Positions 9,896-19,284 of a stretch of 64,000 nucleotides of DNA are shown piece after piece. The stretch spans positions 512,001 through 576,000 of the forward strand of contig CAWECG010000001.1 in the NCBI GenBank assembly GCA_963807605.1, read 5' to 3'. Positions within the stretch are counted from its first letter, which is position 1; every line of letters starts with the position of its first letter. A program made the translations under genes and the position numbers. The notes under the pieces were generated by a model. The model was not told the origin of the DNA. It saw only the letters and a program-made list of their open reading frames with translations, and ran no database searches. This stretch comes from Candidatus Bathyarchaeota archaeon (GTDB taxonomy: Archaea > Thermoproteota > Bathyarchaeia > 40CM-2-53-6 > RBG-13-38-9).

Positions 9896-10312
9896 GTGAT
9901 AGAAAATGTGAAGCCTGAAATCATAGAGGCTATGCTTGACGCCATGCCAGTTGAGATATCGTTTGTTGATGAGAATGACCAAGTGAGATACTTCAACAAG
10001 AATGGCAACAGAATCTTTCCAAGACCTAGAAGCATAGTAGGTAAGAAAGTTCAGCAATGTCATCCTGGAAAAAGCTTACACATCGTTGAGAAGATACTTC
10101 AGGATTTTAGAAACAAGAGCAGGAAGAGTGCACCTTTCTGGATAGACCTTAAGGGAAGAAAGATACTGATCAGGTACTTTCCAGTTTGGGATAAGGAAGG
10201 AAACTACAAAGGTTGCTTAGAGGTGTCTGAAGATATCACCGACGTGCAGAAGCTGACAGGTGAGAAGATACTTCTGGACGAAGAAACCACTGAAGCTTCC
10301 AGCAAGACCTGA
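9896..10312 (+). CDS. Stand-alone PAS domain protein (PAS_10/DUF438 C-terminal-like)
   Basis: LDAMPVEISFVDENDQVRYFN..IFPRP..VGKKVQQCHP motif. Confidence 0.8.
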   Translation: MIENVKPEIIEAMLDAMPVEISFVDENDQVRYFNKNGNRIFPRPRSIVGKKVQQCHPGKSLHIVEKILQDFRNKSRKSAPFWIDLKGRKILIRYFPVWDKEGNYKGCLEVSEDITDVQKLTGEKILLDEETTEASSKT

Positions 10313-10330
10313 AGCAGTGATAAATGTCAC

Positions 10331-10437
10331 ATGTGTGTGTGGGTCCCTTGGTGAGCACACACACACACACACAACAAAAAAAAATCAACGCCTAACGGTT
10401 CAAATTACAGCGCTCTCACCAAGGGATACACACACAT
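10331..10437. repeat. Full symmetric unit of the TGGTGAG family: box-beta arm-core-gamma arm-inverted box (copies g, h)
   Basis: ATGTGTGTGTGGGTCCCTTGGTGAG(CA)n..GCCTAACGGTTCAAATTACAGCGCTCTCACCAAGGGATACACACACAT. Confidence 0.9.
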
Positions 10438-11577
10438 TACCCACTCGACTGAATGCATGAGAAAAGAATACCCTGCAGTTCTTGCACTTTTAGCATCAGG
10501 TTTGCTGTTTCCATTCTTAAAGGATTCTCTCATTTTCTCGATCTCAACGCTCACTTGAGCTGAAAATATTTCTAGGTTTAATTCCATCAATCCATTGACT
10601 TTGCGAACCTCAGCCTCGTACTCCGAGAACTGTGTGTCAAGTTCCATGCTTCGTATCAGGAAGTCAGCTATATCCTTCTTAGTTTCGTATCCCTCATAAG
10701 TTCTTGTCCAGTTGCTCAAGAGATCGTATTTCAAAGGACGATATTCCGGAGAAGTCAGCTCGCTTACACCAAAGAATCTCTTAAAATTCATCTCTAGAGG
10801 CTCATACAGTTCCTTATTAAGATCCTTTTGAATCTCTCCTACTCTTTTTAAAATATAGTCAGGTTCGATATCATCCCATCTTTTCAAACAAGATTGAAAA
10901 TTACCGACCAACTCCTCGTCGATTACTCCTCCATCCAAATTCGGAAAGTTCTTCTTCTCTTTCATAACTATTCGACCTATCCTCTCTCGTATTGTTTGGC
11001 GTGTCCGAATATCGATTCTGCCGATGGGCATTCCTGGTTTCAGTGTGGAGCAGAAATCTGAAAATCGTTTCTTGTTTTGCTGATCTGCTTGACATAACAC
11101 GTCCTTTATTCGATCTGGCTTCACAGGTTTGAAATCAAAGTTCTTCTTCCAGTCGCAAAATTTCAAAGATGAGTTAACCTCGACTATCAAGCACTCTTTA
11201 TCTCTAATTGGAACGTACGTCGTTTTTTCTAATTGTTTGCCATCAATCTTGAGGGAATAATCGTGCATTTTGAAAAAGGGTCTGAACTCCTTTGAGCAAT
11301 TAAACTCTATATTAGGCCTGAAGGCGCCAGTACGAGGACCATGATTGAGGTATACAAGTCTAGTTGGGGTAAACCCAAATCTGTCTGGAATGAAGTGGTT
11401 GAAGTAATCTTGGGGAATTCTGTCCAGTACAAATTCTGGTTTCTCACAGATCTTTATGTCGGGACCCCTAAGCCTCTGACTGAGCTCAAAGAAAGCGATG
11501 ATCACCGTAAATGCCGTAAAGATAGCGATAATGGCATTCGAGTATTGATTCAAGATATCAAGGAGAGTTTGGACCAC
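10405..11577 (-). CDS. Hypothetical membrane-anchored protein; likely +1 indel near 10520, probable true stop ~10437 abutting the repeat
   Basis: N-terminal TM helix, 390-aa ORF; an alternative-frame tail (ESLRMETANLMLKVQELQGILFSCIQSSG*) ends at the repeat boundary. Confidence 0.6.
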   Translation of the reverse strand: MVQTLLDILNQYSNAIIAIFTAFTVIIAFFELSQRLRGPDIKICEKPEFVLDRIPQDYFNHFIPDRFGFTPTRLVYLNHGPRTGAFRPNIEFNCSKEFRPFFKMHDYSLKIDGKQLEKTTYVPIRDKECLIVEVNSSLKFCDWKKNFDFKPVKPDRIKDVLCQADQQNKKRFSDFCSTLKPGMPIGRIDIRTRQTIRERIGRIVMKEKKNFPNLDGGVIDEELVGNFQSCLKRWDDIEPDYILKRVGEIQKDLNKELYEPLEMNFKRFFGVSELTSPEYRPLKYDLLSNWTRTYEGYETKKDIADFLIRSMELDTQFSEYEAEVRKVNGLMELNLEIFSAQVSVEIEKMRESFKNGNSKPDAKSARTAGYSFLMHSVEWVMCVYPLVRAL

Positions 11578-11800
11578 GGTTTTTCTCCGTCTTCACAAGT
11601 TTTGTGCCCAGATGTGTTCCGAGGCCCTTGATTATGTTGTTGCAGATGGGACATCGGGAACCTTTGTAGAAATAGTGAGCCGCGCCGACGGCTAACCCCC
11701 GTAGACCATCTACAGCACCGCCCAGAACTAGATCTGAGGTGCCTTTCTTCGGTTCAACCCATCTTTGGCAATATGGACAGTATTCCAATGTTGGGAACAT
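11558..11800 (-). CDS. Small CxxC...CxxC (LITAF-like zinc ribbon) membrane-associated protein
   Basis: CPYC..hydrophobic Gly-rich stretch..CPIC. Confidence 0.55.
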   Translation of the reverse strand: MFPTLEYCPYCQRWVEPKKGTSDLVLGGAVDGLRGLAVGAAHYFYKGSRCPICNNIIKGLGTHLGTKLVKTEKNRGPNSP

Positions 11801-11891
11801 CTCCGCTAGGGTTCTTCAAATATTGACATATTCGGACTAAGGGATAATCAGCATTTTGTTGATGGTCCGGGCGCAAACGCAGATTCATATT

Positions 11892-12578
11892 CTACGCCTT
11901 CTCCGCCTGTTCCATGAACTTCTTAGCCAGTTCCTTGTCTCCCTGATCAAGCGCTTTCATTGCGCTTCGCAGAAGTTCATCTTTAGTCAATGGAACTGTT
12001 TCAGATTTGGCCTTGCCTAAAGGTTTAAACTCAAGAATTCGACCTTTCAATTTCTGAATGAACTCACTGGAATCCTCATCCCGCAAAAGTAACTCTAATC
12101 TTTGAGACCGTGTTACTAAGATCAGTCTTGTCTTTTGCTGGACATCTTTCTCAACCTCTACATCATCAATGTCTTTGTAGCCTATTCGCCAAGACTGGTC
12201 ACCGAAAAGGGAAGATCCACATTCAAACCATATTGCATCTCTGCCTAGACTAGCAGACCCATGAAAGACTCCTCTTTCGTGAGGACGCTCTGCCACAATT
12301 GTCATATCTCTCTTCTCCTTCTCCTTGCCTGACGTACCTGTAGTACTGATTACATCTTTGGTCAGTGACGGTCTCAAAGTTGGCTGAGCTTTTGGACGCG
12401 CAGCGGCAGCATATATGAGGGCACCTAACAATCCTGTGAAGAAGGTCAGAGCTATCCATGCTTCTCTATTCTCCTTATCTTCACTGCCCTTAATGACGGC
12501 TATCAGGGGTAGAAGCCAGAGAATAAAAGCAATGGCGCCCCAAAGAAGTGTGATTCCAGAATAATTGTATAAGGGCAA
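11892..12578 (-). CDS. Membrane protein with PLDc_N-like N-terminal hairpin, PH-like middle and conserved C-terminal tail (paralog 1)
   Basis: WIALTFFTGLLGALIY; tail PLTKDELLRSAMKALDQGDKELAKKFMEQAE shared with 12759-13421. Confidence 0.7.
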   Translation of the reverse strand: MPLYNYSGITLLWGAIAFILWLLPLIAVIKGSEDKENREAWIALTFFTGLLGALIYAAAARPKAQPTLRPSLTKDVISTTGTSGKEKEKRDMTIVAERPHERGVFHGSASLGRDAIWFECGSSLFGDQSWRIGYKDIDDVEVEKDVQQKTRLILVTRSQRLELLLRDEDSSEFIQKLKGRILEFKPLGKAKSETVPLTKDELLRSAMKALDQGDKELAKKFMEQAEKA

Positions 12579-12610
12579 TTGTTCTCCAATAACAGTCTAC
12601 CACGAAAGCC

Positions 12611-12626
12611 GCAGATTTAAGACTTG
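12611..12626 (-). promoter_or_regulatory. Candidate BRE/TATA promoter (CAAGTCTTAAATCTGC)
   Basis: Identical 16-mer at 42050-42065; both copies lie ~30 bp upstream of a minus-strand TTG start. Confidence 0.5.
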
Positions 12627-12758
12627 GTCACTGAAGTTCGCTCTTACCTCCGCTATTATGTCTCCCTGAAAAAGCCGATGTCTATTTGTGATTGAGGCTT
12701 TCGAGTCGAAGATAGCGCGCGCGGGAAGTTAATGACTTGATAGAGTCTAGGCTTTCAA

Positions 12759-13421
12759 CTAGCTAATTGACTCTGCCTGGTCCATGAATCTCTTTGCGAG
12801 CTCTTTGTCTCCTTGGTCTAGTGCTTTCATGGCGCTTCGTATGAGTTCCTCTTTGGTTAACGGTGTTGTTTCACGCTCGTTCATCTCTTGAATTCGAGGC
12901 AGTGCTTTTATTTCCATAATTGTGGACCGCCACTCTTCTGAGTTAAGGCCCAATTCACCCCAAACAGAAAACCCGCCAGCCCAATCATATGTGTAGGCAG
13001 CCCCGTTCTGAAGTTGGATAATCATCCTATTTCCCCCTTTTTTCATTTCGACATTAGAGATTGAGCTGACAGGGTAGGTATGGTGTCCGCTGGTACCTTT
13101 CATTGGATTGAATGCCATTAGGGTGCCGTCAAGAGACAGCCTGCCCAATACATTGGATTCTTGGTTCCTGCATATTGACTTGAGCAAGCGTGCGCTAGAA
13201 GGTGATGGAGTACCCGTAGGTGATGGTGCTACCTCAGCCTTCTGGGGGCGAGACGCGGCCCAATATATGAGAGCGCCTAACAATCCTGTGAAGAAAGTCA
13301 GGGCGATCCATGCCCCTCGATTCTCCGCATCTCTACTGTCCACGATGACATCTACGAGAGGAAGAAGCCAGAGAAAAACCGAACCTATAACACCAAGCAC
13401 AATCATGATGCCATAATCCAT
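12759..13421 (-). CDS. Membrane protein with PLDc_N-like N-terminus and conserved tail (paralog 2)
   Basis: Same N- and C-terminal blocks as 11892-12578, unrelated middle. Confidence 0.7.
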   Translation of the reverse strand: MDYGIMIVLGVIGSVFLWLLPLVDVIVDSRDAENRGAWIALTFFTGLLGALIYWAASRPQKAEVAPSPTGTPSPSSARLLKSICRNQESNVLGRLSLDGTLMAFNPMKGTSGHHTYPVSSISNVEMKKGGNRMIIQLQNGAAYTYDWAGGFSVWGELGLNSEEWRSTIMEIKALPRIQEMNERETTPLTKEELIRSAMKALDQGDKELAKRFMDQAESIS

Positions 13422-13536
13422 TCACAACCCCCTGCCTGGTCGGAGATCCAGTGGTCGTGCGCGCGCGCGTCCGAAGATCAATGCCCACCAATTCAGAATA
13501 TTCCTCTCTTGAGCCCGTCGTCGGTCGTCGTTTTTG

Positions 13537-13577
13537 GTGTGTGTGTGTCCTTTGGTGAGAGCACTCTAATTTGAACC
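13537..13577 (+). repeat. TGGTGAG-box repeat, gamma arm (copy i); inverted partner of 10397-10435
   Basis: 35/39 identity to the reverse complement of GGTTCAAATTACAGCGCTCTCACCAAGGGATACACACAC. Confidence 0.85.
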
Positions 13578-13827
13578 CATGAAGGTCTCCACCACAGGAA
13601 GTGAGTGCCAGCGCGCGCTTGCCTTGATAACTCGTCTGACATCCGCGGGACCGCAGAATAGTCCTCTCTCCAAGGAACGGCGCTGACAAATATTACGCAT
13701 ACGCGTAAATACAGCCAGGTGTTCCACTCACCATAATAGATCGCTTTTCTTTAGGTTTCTAGAGTGTGTATTTGCTGGGTTTTGAAGCGTACGTCTCGCA
13801 ATTGATGCCGGTGGAGTTCTGTGGAAG

Positions 13828-15198
13828 CTAGGAAATCCCAGCGCCTCTGTTGATCCTTTTCCAGTAGTAGCGGTAGGGAAGACCAGTCTTCTTTCGGATA
13901 GGAGTCCTCTCTATCTCAATTAACCACTTGGACTCCAGTCTCTGAGCCTCTCCAAATGCTTCCTCTGTAATCTGGGCAAGGATAGCCTTCTTGTCGCTCG
14001 AGAGTTTGTCGGCATCGATGTTTGATCGAGCTTGGAAGACGCGGGTCAAATATTCTATTTCGAAATGTCGTTGGTCTTGTCGTATAATCTTTATCCTAGA
14101 TTGGTAGTCTTCTAGAATCTTCCGATGGAGACGTTCGTGTAACCACCAGAGACTCTTGTCGTCCCAAACTCCTCTAGGTGTTGATCCTAAGTCAGGTAAC
14201 CCATTCTCGATAAAGACAGGTTTGAATAGTGAGGTGCAAGGCGCCGCCGTTCCCGTCAACCAATGAGTCTGAAGCTCAGGGAGGAGATGGCCAACGTATG
14301 AGGAGGTTGTTTGTGTAGGAACAAAAACTGGTCTTGCGTGAATACAGATCGATTCCATACTGCCTTTTGAGGGATCCCATGCCTCCTCCTTTGATGGATC
14401 GTTCAGATTGTGACTGCGAAGAATCCGCATCATCAATAGGACGTCGATTTTCCCCTTATGTTCTGTGAGCTCTCTTGTTGTTAACGTATGTCTTGCGAAT
14501 CCTTTTCCTCCCCATGTTCTCCTGTCAAGTATTCCTGCGGTGAAACACTTTCTGAAGCTAAAATCTGATTTGGATGAACAGTAACCTTTTTTCACAGCGT
14601 GTGAAATCAGGTCAGGATGAATTCTGTCGTAATTTGAACCTATTGTGAGGCAATTGGATATCGTTCGGATCTCCTTGACTCTCTCAGCAATCCAGAATCG
14701 GTCAGCAGTCTCAAGAGCCCAGGCTTCGTTGAGATCAGCTATTAAGAAGCTGTTGTGATACTTCATCTTCTTATCTTCAAAGCCGCAAATTCCGCCCTGA
14801 CCATACCGCTCAACCAGTGAAATGATTGTCTCAAGAGCCTCCGTGGCGGTTTTGGTTCTTTCCAACGCCACACGCATCATATCCATCCCCAGAAGACCGC
14901 TCTCCCTTTCAGGTTCCTTGGTGAATACAGCTTCGTTTCCCATTGCTACACCATATTCATTTGCACCCATCTCACAACCGAACATCCAGTGGGGAGAGCT
15001 GAGAATTACTGCATACGTCTCCTCAACCTGCGGTATCTCAAGATAAGTGCACTTTAGCTTCTCAGTGTCCGGATCGTGTTTCTGTCGGGGGAAGAAGAGT
15101 AAGGTATGGCCTTCATTTGGTTCTCTGTCGGAGTTCTTTGCAAGAATCACCGAACCGTCATCGGTACTATTCTTGAGTGCCACTAGGGTGTCACACAT
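13828..15198 (-). CDS. Peptidase C69/secernin-family dipeptidase (Ntn hydrolase)
   Basis: N-terminal MCDT, AKNSDREPNE, GCEMGANEYGV, YHNSFLIAD. Confidence 0.9.
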   Translation of the reverse strand: MCDTLVALKNSTDDGSVILAKNSDREPNEGHTLLFFPRQKHDPDTEKLKCTYLEIPQVEETYAVILSSPHWMFGCEMGANEYGVAMGNEAVFTKEPERESGLLGMDMMRVALERTKTATEALETIISLVERYGQGGICGFEDKKMKYHNSFLIADLNEAWALETADRFWIAERVKEIRTISNCLTIGSNYDRIHPDLISHAVKKGYCSSKSDFSFRKCFTAGILDRRTWGGKGFARHTLTTRELTEHKGKIDVLLMMRILRSHNLNDPSKEEAWDPSKGSMESICIHARPVFVPTQTTSSYVGHLLPELQTHWLTGTAAPCTSLFKPVFIENGLPDLGSTPRGVWDDKSLWWLHERLHRKILEDYQSRIKIIRQDQRHFEIEYLTRVFQARSNIDADKLSSDKKAILAQITEEAFGEAQRLESKWLIEIERTPIRKKTGLPYRYYWKRINRGAGIS

Positions 15199-15370
15199 GG
15201 AGATATCAAATCCCGATCATAGGCAGAAGACAAAGGATTCTATGCGCGCGCTAGTAGGTTTTCTGGCGAGCCTCTTTAATCCAGAAGCTGGTTTGCTGAG
15301 AGAGTATGGAACCCATCCAGTAGCGCGCGCCCGGGAACCACGAGGAGTCTGTCGTGTATTTTCATCGCGC

Positions 15371-17920
15371 TCAAAGTCCTTCTCGCTTGTAGAAGAGTCG
15401 CTTGGTTTGCTCCGCGCCCAGAACGTATAGTCCAACAATAATCGCAGTGAAGAGAAGGAAAGTAAGCGAGATAGGAACAAATCCAAACAACGTTCCTAGG
15501 GCCGTAAAGGGTAGAAGCACAGTTGCAATTACCACGCATAATGTCGCAAACAGAAGATATTTGCTAGGCTTACTTCTGAAGAACGATTGTTGAGTGCGAA
15601 TTACTAACACAATCAGAGTGGCAGAGGCCACTGATTCAATGAACCAACCTGTTCTGAACTGATCCGTTGTTGCATGCAAAATGAAGAGAAGTACACCGAA
15701 TGTTAGGTAGTCGAAGACCGAACTAAGGAGACCGAAAGTCATCATGAAGTCCCGGATGAATTTTACGTTCCAGCGTCTGGGTTTCTGTACCATGCCACTG
15801 TCAACGCTATCTGTGGGTATGGTCATTTCAGGGAAGTCTGTCATGAGATTTGTAAGCAGAACTTGCGTGGGCAGCAAGGGTAGGAAGGATAAGAAGAGTG
15901 AAGCTCCGGCCATGCTGAACATGTTTCCGAAATTGGCACTCGCAGCCATGAACACGTACTTGAGAGTGTTAGCGAAAGTCTTTCGACCATCTTGCACACC
16001 CTGTACTAGAACACCCAAGTCTTTCTCAAGTAATACGATGTCAGCAGCCTCCTTAGCTACATCTACTGCAGTGTTCACCGAGATTCCGACGTCTGCAGTA
16101 TGGAGTGCTGAGGCGTCATTGATTCCATCTCCGATGAAGCCTACAACATATCCTGCTTTCTTGAACGCTAAGATAATTCGCTCTTTATGGTTGGGATCGA
16201 CTTCGGCGAACACGTCAGTATCTTTGACTCGTTGAAGGAGCGCTTCGTCACTCATAAGATGGATTTCAGGGCCTGTTAGAACACGTGAACTGGTTAGTCC
16301 TACCTGTGTGCTCAGAGATGCCGCGACGAATCTGTTGTCTCCCGTTATGATCTTTAACGCAATTCCAAGGTTCTGTAGGTTTTGTAGAACTGTCTTAATC
16401 ATCGGCTTAGGCGGATCAAACAATAGCAAGAAACCCAAGAAAATCATCTGAGTTTCTTGATCCTTGTCGATGCGGTCAGCAGGAACGTTCTTGTATGCCA
16501 CGCCAAGCAGCCGGAAACCTTGACCGCTTAAGTCTTCGAAGCGTTGCTGGATTTTCTCACGAACATCTGCAATTTGAACGACCCCATTCGGGGTCTCTGC
16601 TTGGGCGCAGGCGTCGAGTACGTTTGGTACCGCGCCCTTTGTCGTCATGATATGCACGTTATCCTTTGACACTAGGATACTGAGCCTCTTCCGCACAAAA
16701 TCGTATGGGACTTCATCAATTTTCTTGTAAGAAGTGAGGTCGAAGGTACTCTTTGCTCGAATTGCTTCGTCTATGGGGTTTGCAAAGCCGCTCTCAAAAT
16801 TGGCGTTCAGACATGCGTATAGGAGAACCTTTTCGCTAGTGTTGCCTTCGATATCAATGGCGGATTGGACCTGTACTTGTCCTTCGGTTAGGGTTCCCGT
16901 CTTGTCCGAACAGAGAAGGTTCATGCTGCCAAAGTTTTCAATTGAGACAAGTCGTTTCACGATAACTTTCTGCTTTGCCATTTCCTTCGCGCCGTGCGCG
17001 AGATTTACGGTTACTATGGCGGGTAGTAGTTGTGGTGTTAAACCAACTGCGAGTGCCACTGAGAAGAGAAAGGATGCAAGGATTGGTCGTCCCAAGTAGG
17101 CGTTTACAGCGAAGATCATGATTGCCATGATTAGAGTGATTTCCATAAGGAGGTAGCCGAATTGCCTGACGCCACGCTCGAATCCAGTCTCTGGCGGTTT
17201 AAGCGCAAGACTTTCAGAGATTTTTCCGAATTCAGTTTTCTTCCCGGTTGTTACGACAAGAGCTTTGCCAGTACCGCTGACAACATGAGTTCCCATGAAC
17301 AGAGTGTTTGAGCGAGCGCTCAAAGGTGCGTCAGGCGTAAGGATCCCGACGGATTTTTCTTCGGGGTAAGTCTCACCCGTAAGCGTCGCTTCATCAACGA
17401 AAAGATCCCTAACTTCGATGAGTGCGCAGTCACCGGGAACCATGTTCCCTGCGTTCAGTATCACAATATCTCCTGGTACGATTTGCTCTAGAGGAATTTG
17501 ACTTGGTTCTCCGTTGCGTAGCGCAGTCGTATTGATCTGTACGATTGAAAGTAACTTCTTCACGGCATCGCTTGCGCCGCGCTCCTGCCAGAACCCGAGT
17601 ATACCGCTGACGAATACGATGACCAAGATAATTGCTGCACTTGCTCGATCCTGCAGAAAGATGGAAAGTATAGCTGCAACGAGCAAGATGAGTACGAGAG
17701 GGCTTCTGAATTGATTAAGAAGAAGTGTGATGACGTCAGTTTTCTTCTTTTCCTTTAACAGATTGTATCCATATAACGAGAGCCGTCGTTGAACTTCATC
17801 ATTAGTCAAACCTTCAGGGGTCGTCTGAAGCTGTTCAAATAGCTCTGCGCTGGGAATGCTCCAGAAAGGTTTCTCATCAGAGCTGATTGTACCCCTCTCC
17901 CAAAATTTGTACCATAACAA
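15371..17920 (-). CDS. mgtA: Magnesium-translocating P-type ATPase (P3B)
   Basis: LTGE, AVGLTPQLLP, CSDKTGTLT, GDGIND, SANFGNMFS, FRTGWFIES. Confidence 0.9.
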   Translation of the reverse strand: MLWYKFWERGTISSDEKPFWSIPSAELFEQLQTTPEGLTNDEVQRRLSLYGYNLLKEKKKTDVITLLLNQFRSPLVLILLVAAILSIFLQDRASAAIILVIVFVSGILGFWQERGASDAVKKLLSIVQINTTALRNGEPSQIPLEQIVPGDIVILNAGNMVPGDCALIEVRDLFVDEATLTGETYPEEKSVGILTPDAPLSARSNTLFMGTHVVSGTGKALVVTTGKKTEFGKISESLALKPPETGFERGVRQFGYLLMEITLIMAIMIFAVNAYLGRPILASFLFSVALAVGLTPQLLPAIVTVNLAHGAKEMAKQKVIVKRLVSIENFGSMNLLCSDKTGTLTEGQVQVQSAIDIEGNTSEKVLLYACLNANFESGFANPIDEAIRAKSTFDLTSYKKIDEVPYDFVRKRLSILVSKDNVHIMTTKGAVPNVLDACAQAETPNGVVQIADVREKIQQRFEDLSGQGFRLLGVAYKNVPADRIDKDQETQMIFLGFLLLFDPPKPMIKTVLQNLQNLGIALKIITGDNRFVAASLSTQVGLTSSRVLTGPEIHLMSDEALLQRVKDTDVFAEVDPNHKERIILAFKKAGYVVGFIGDGINDASALHTADVGISVNTAVDVAKEAADIVLLEKDLGVLVQGVQDGRKTFANTLKYVFMAASANFGNMFSMAGASLFLSFLPLLPTQVLLTNLMTDFPEMTIPTDSVDSGMVQKPRRWNVKFIRDFMMTFGLLSSVFDYLTFGVLLFILHATTDQFRTGWFIESVASATLIVLVIRTQQSFFRSKPSKYLLFATLCVVIATVLLPFTALGTLFGFVPISLTFLLFTAIIVGLYVLGAEQTKRLFYKREGL

Positions 17921-18171
17921 TACATCGGCTGGCTATAAGTACACAACGCGGAAGCACTGGAAGGGGCACTTCCATGCAGCCTCTCATGAGATCAGCGCGC
18001 GCTTAGATAAACACCTTGGGCCTGTACATTGTCCCGCACGAGGATTTTGGTGACTATTGATGCTTTCTTCTGGCATGCTTAACTTGGTCATGCTTCAAAG
18101 ATGGGGCAGGGGATTCTGACCCCAATTTACCCGTAGACTCAGCCTTGGGGACACGGATAAGAGGGTCCGTG

Positions 18172-18558
18172 TTAGCCGACTATCTGAGTTATTTCCTTGA
18201 TAATCTCGTTTTCAACGTGGCGGGTCCACAGCATTTCAGGAACATCGATTCCAAGGAAGAGAACGGACAGTAACAATGTTTCGACGGCTGCGACTGCAAG
18301 ATTTTGTATCAATTTTCCGATTCCAACATGCACTGTGAAATCGTTCGGTTGCCCTGAAAGGGTTATTGTGAACGCCCGATCGGCGGTGATAATGTCTCGC
18401 AGTATCCCAGCCTTTTGAGCCTGAATCACTTGTCCTAACGGAGCCGTGGTGGACTGGACCTTGTATCCTTCAACCTGTAGTTGTTTAACTATTTGTTGCG
18501 ATAGTTGGGTCAGATCCTTATTCTTTCCTTGAAAACGCAATACTTTCTCTGAAACCAT
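18172..18558 (-). CDS. Conserved hypothetical protein
   Basis: 128-aa ORF with natural composition, ATG start and upstream AT-rich promoter-like sequence. Confidence 0.6.
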   Translation of the reverse strand: MVSEKVLRFQGKNKDLTQLSQQIVKQLQVEGYKVQSTTAPLGQVIQAQKAGILRDIITADRAFTITLSGQPNDFTVHVGIGKLIQNLAVAAVETLLLSVLFLGIDVPEMLWTRHVENEIIKEITQIVG

Positions 18559-18648
18559 TTAAAATTCACCACAAATATAACTACGATACCGTCTAATTAA
18601 CGTTTGACGTGGCGAGCCTGAAGGTCAATTCCATCGTACCCTTGGGAT

Positions 18649-18837
18649 TCAAGTTTGGGTCTTCTTCTTGCCTTTTGGTACATAGTCGAAGAAACGTTCT
18701 GTGACACCATCCCCGGTCCATTCTGCACGCAATCTTGTACGGCGTTCCGCTTTACGCATCTCTTACAGTGGCCTGCGGTTGAGATCGCGTGCGCTCCCCC
18801 CGTTCAGCTCAGCTTCAACTTCGAATCCTTCCGCTGT
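18649..18837 (-). pseudogene. 3' fragment of a small conserved hypothetical protein (..GFEVEAEL.G.SARDLNR..RLRAEW..ERFFDYVPK), with an internal stop
   Basis: Coding-like frame starts immediately after the GCGCGCGC at 18839-18846; one in-frame TAA. Confidence 0.5.
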
Positions 18838-18904
18838 AGCGCGCGCTTCGTTCCAGTTCTTCTTTATCGTTGCTTTTCTTTTCCGTCATGAGTTGAATTT
18901 TGGC

Positions 18905-19189
18905 CTATAGACTTTTGAATGCGCCCTTCAACTCCGTGATAGGCGACTTCAGGTTGAGCGCGTCCTTGATGCTTTCTATCGAAGTGGTTGGAACTCTTCC
19001 CTTTGCATGACGCAGTACAATCATCTTGCCTAGAACCTCTTTTGCCGCCTCTTTCCGGAACTCAACTATAATGTTGGTCACCTTCATTTCGGAAGGGTCG
19101 AATTCCAAGTCCTTAACTTTTCCAAGATTAACCATGTCTTTGCTGTAAACCACGATGTTCTTGATGTTGCTAGCAAACAAACACGACAC
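18905..19189 (-). CDS. PRC-barrel domain protein
   Basis: VYSKD..LGKVKDLEFD..VTNIIV..IESIKD pattern. Confidence 0.75.
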   Translation of the reverse strand: MSCLFASNIKNIVVYSKDMVNLGKVKDLEFDPSEMKVTNIIVEFRKEAAKEVLGKMIVLRHAKGRVPTTSIESIKDALNLKSPITELKGAFKSL

Positions 19190-19284
19190 CTAAGAATCGT
19201 ATTGATATCACAGACCTAAAAGAGTATGCTGAATCTTAGTCTTGCTACGTGGCTTACGCACGCGCTATATCGATGTTCGCGCGC

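Noticed and set aside
13619-13735. Possible degraded ORF (GCIY..LERGLFCG) ending at GC run 13611
   Set aside because: It needs several frameshifts; too short and degenerate to support.
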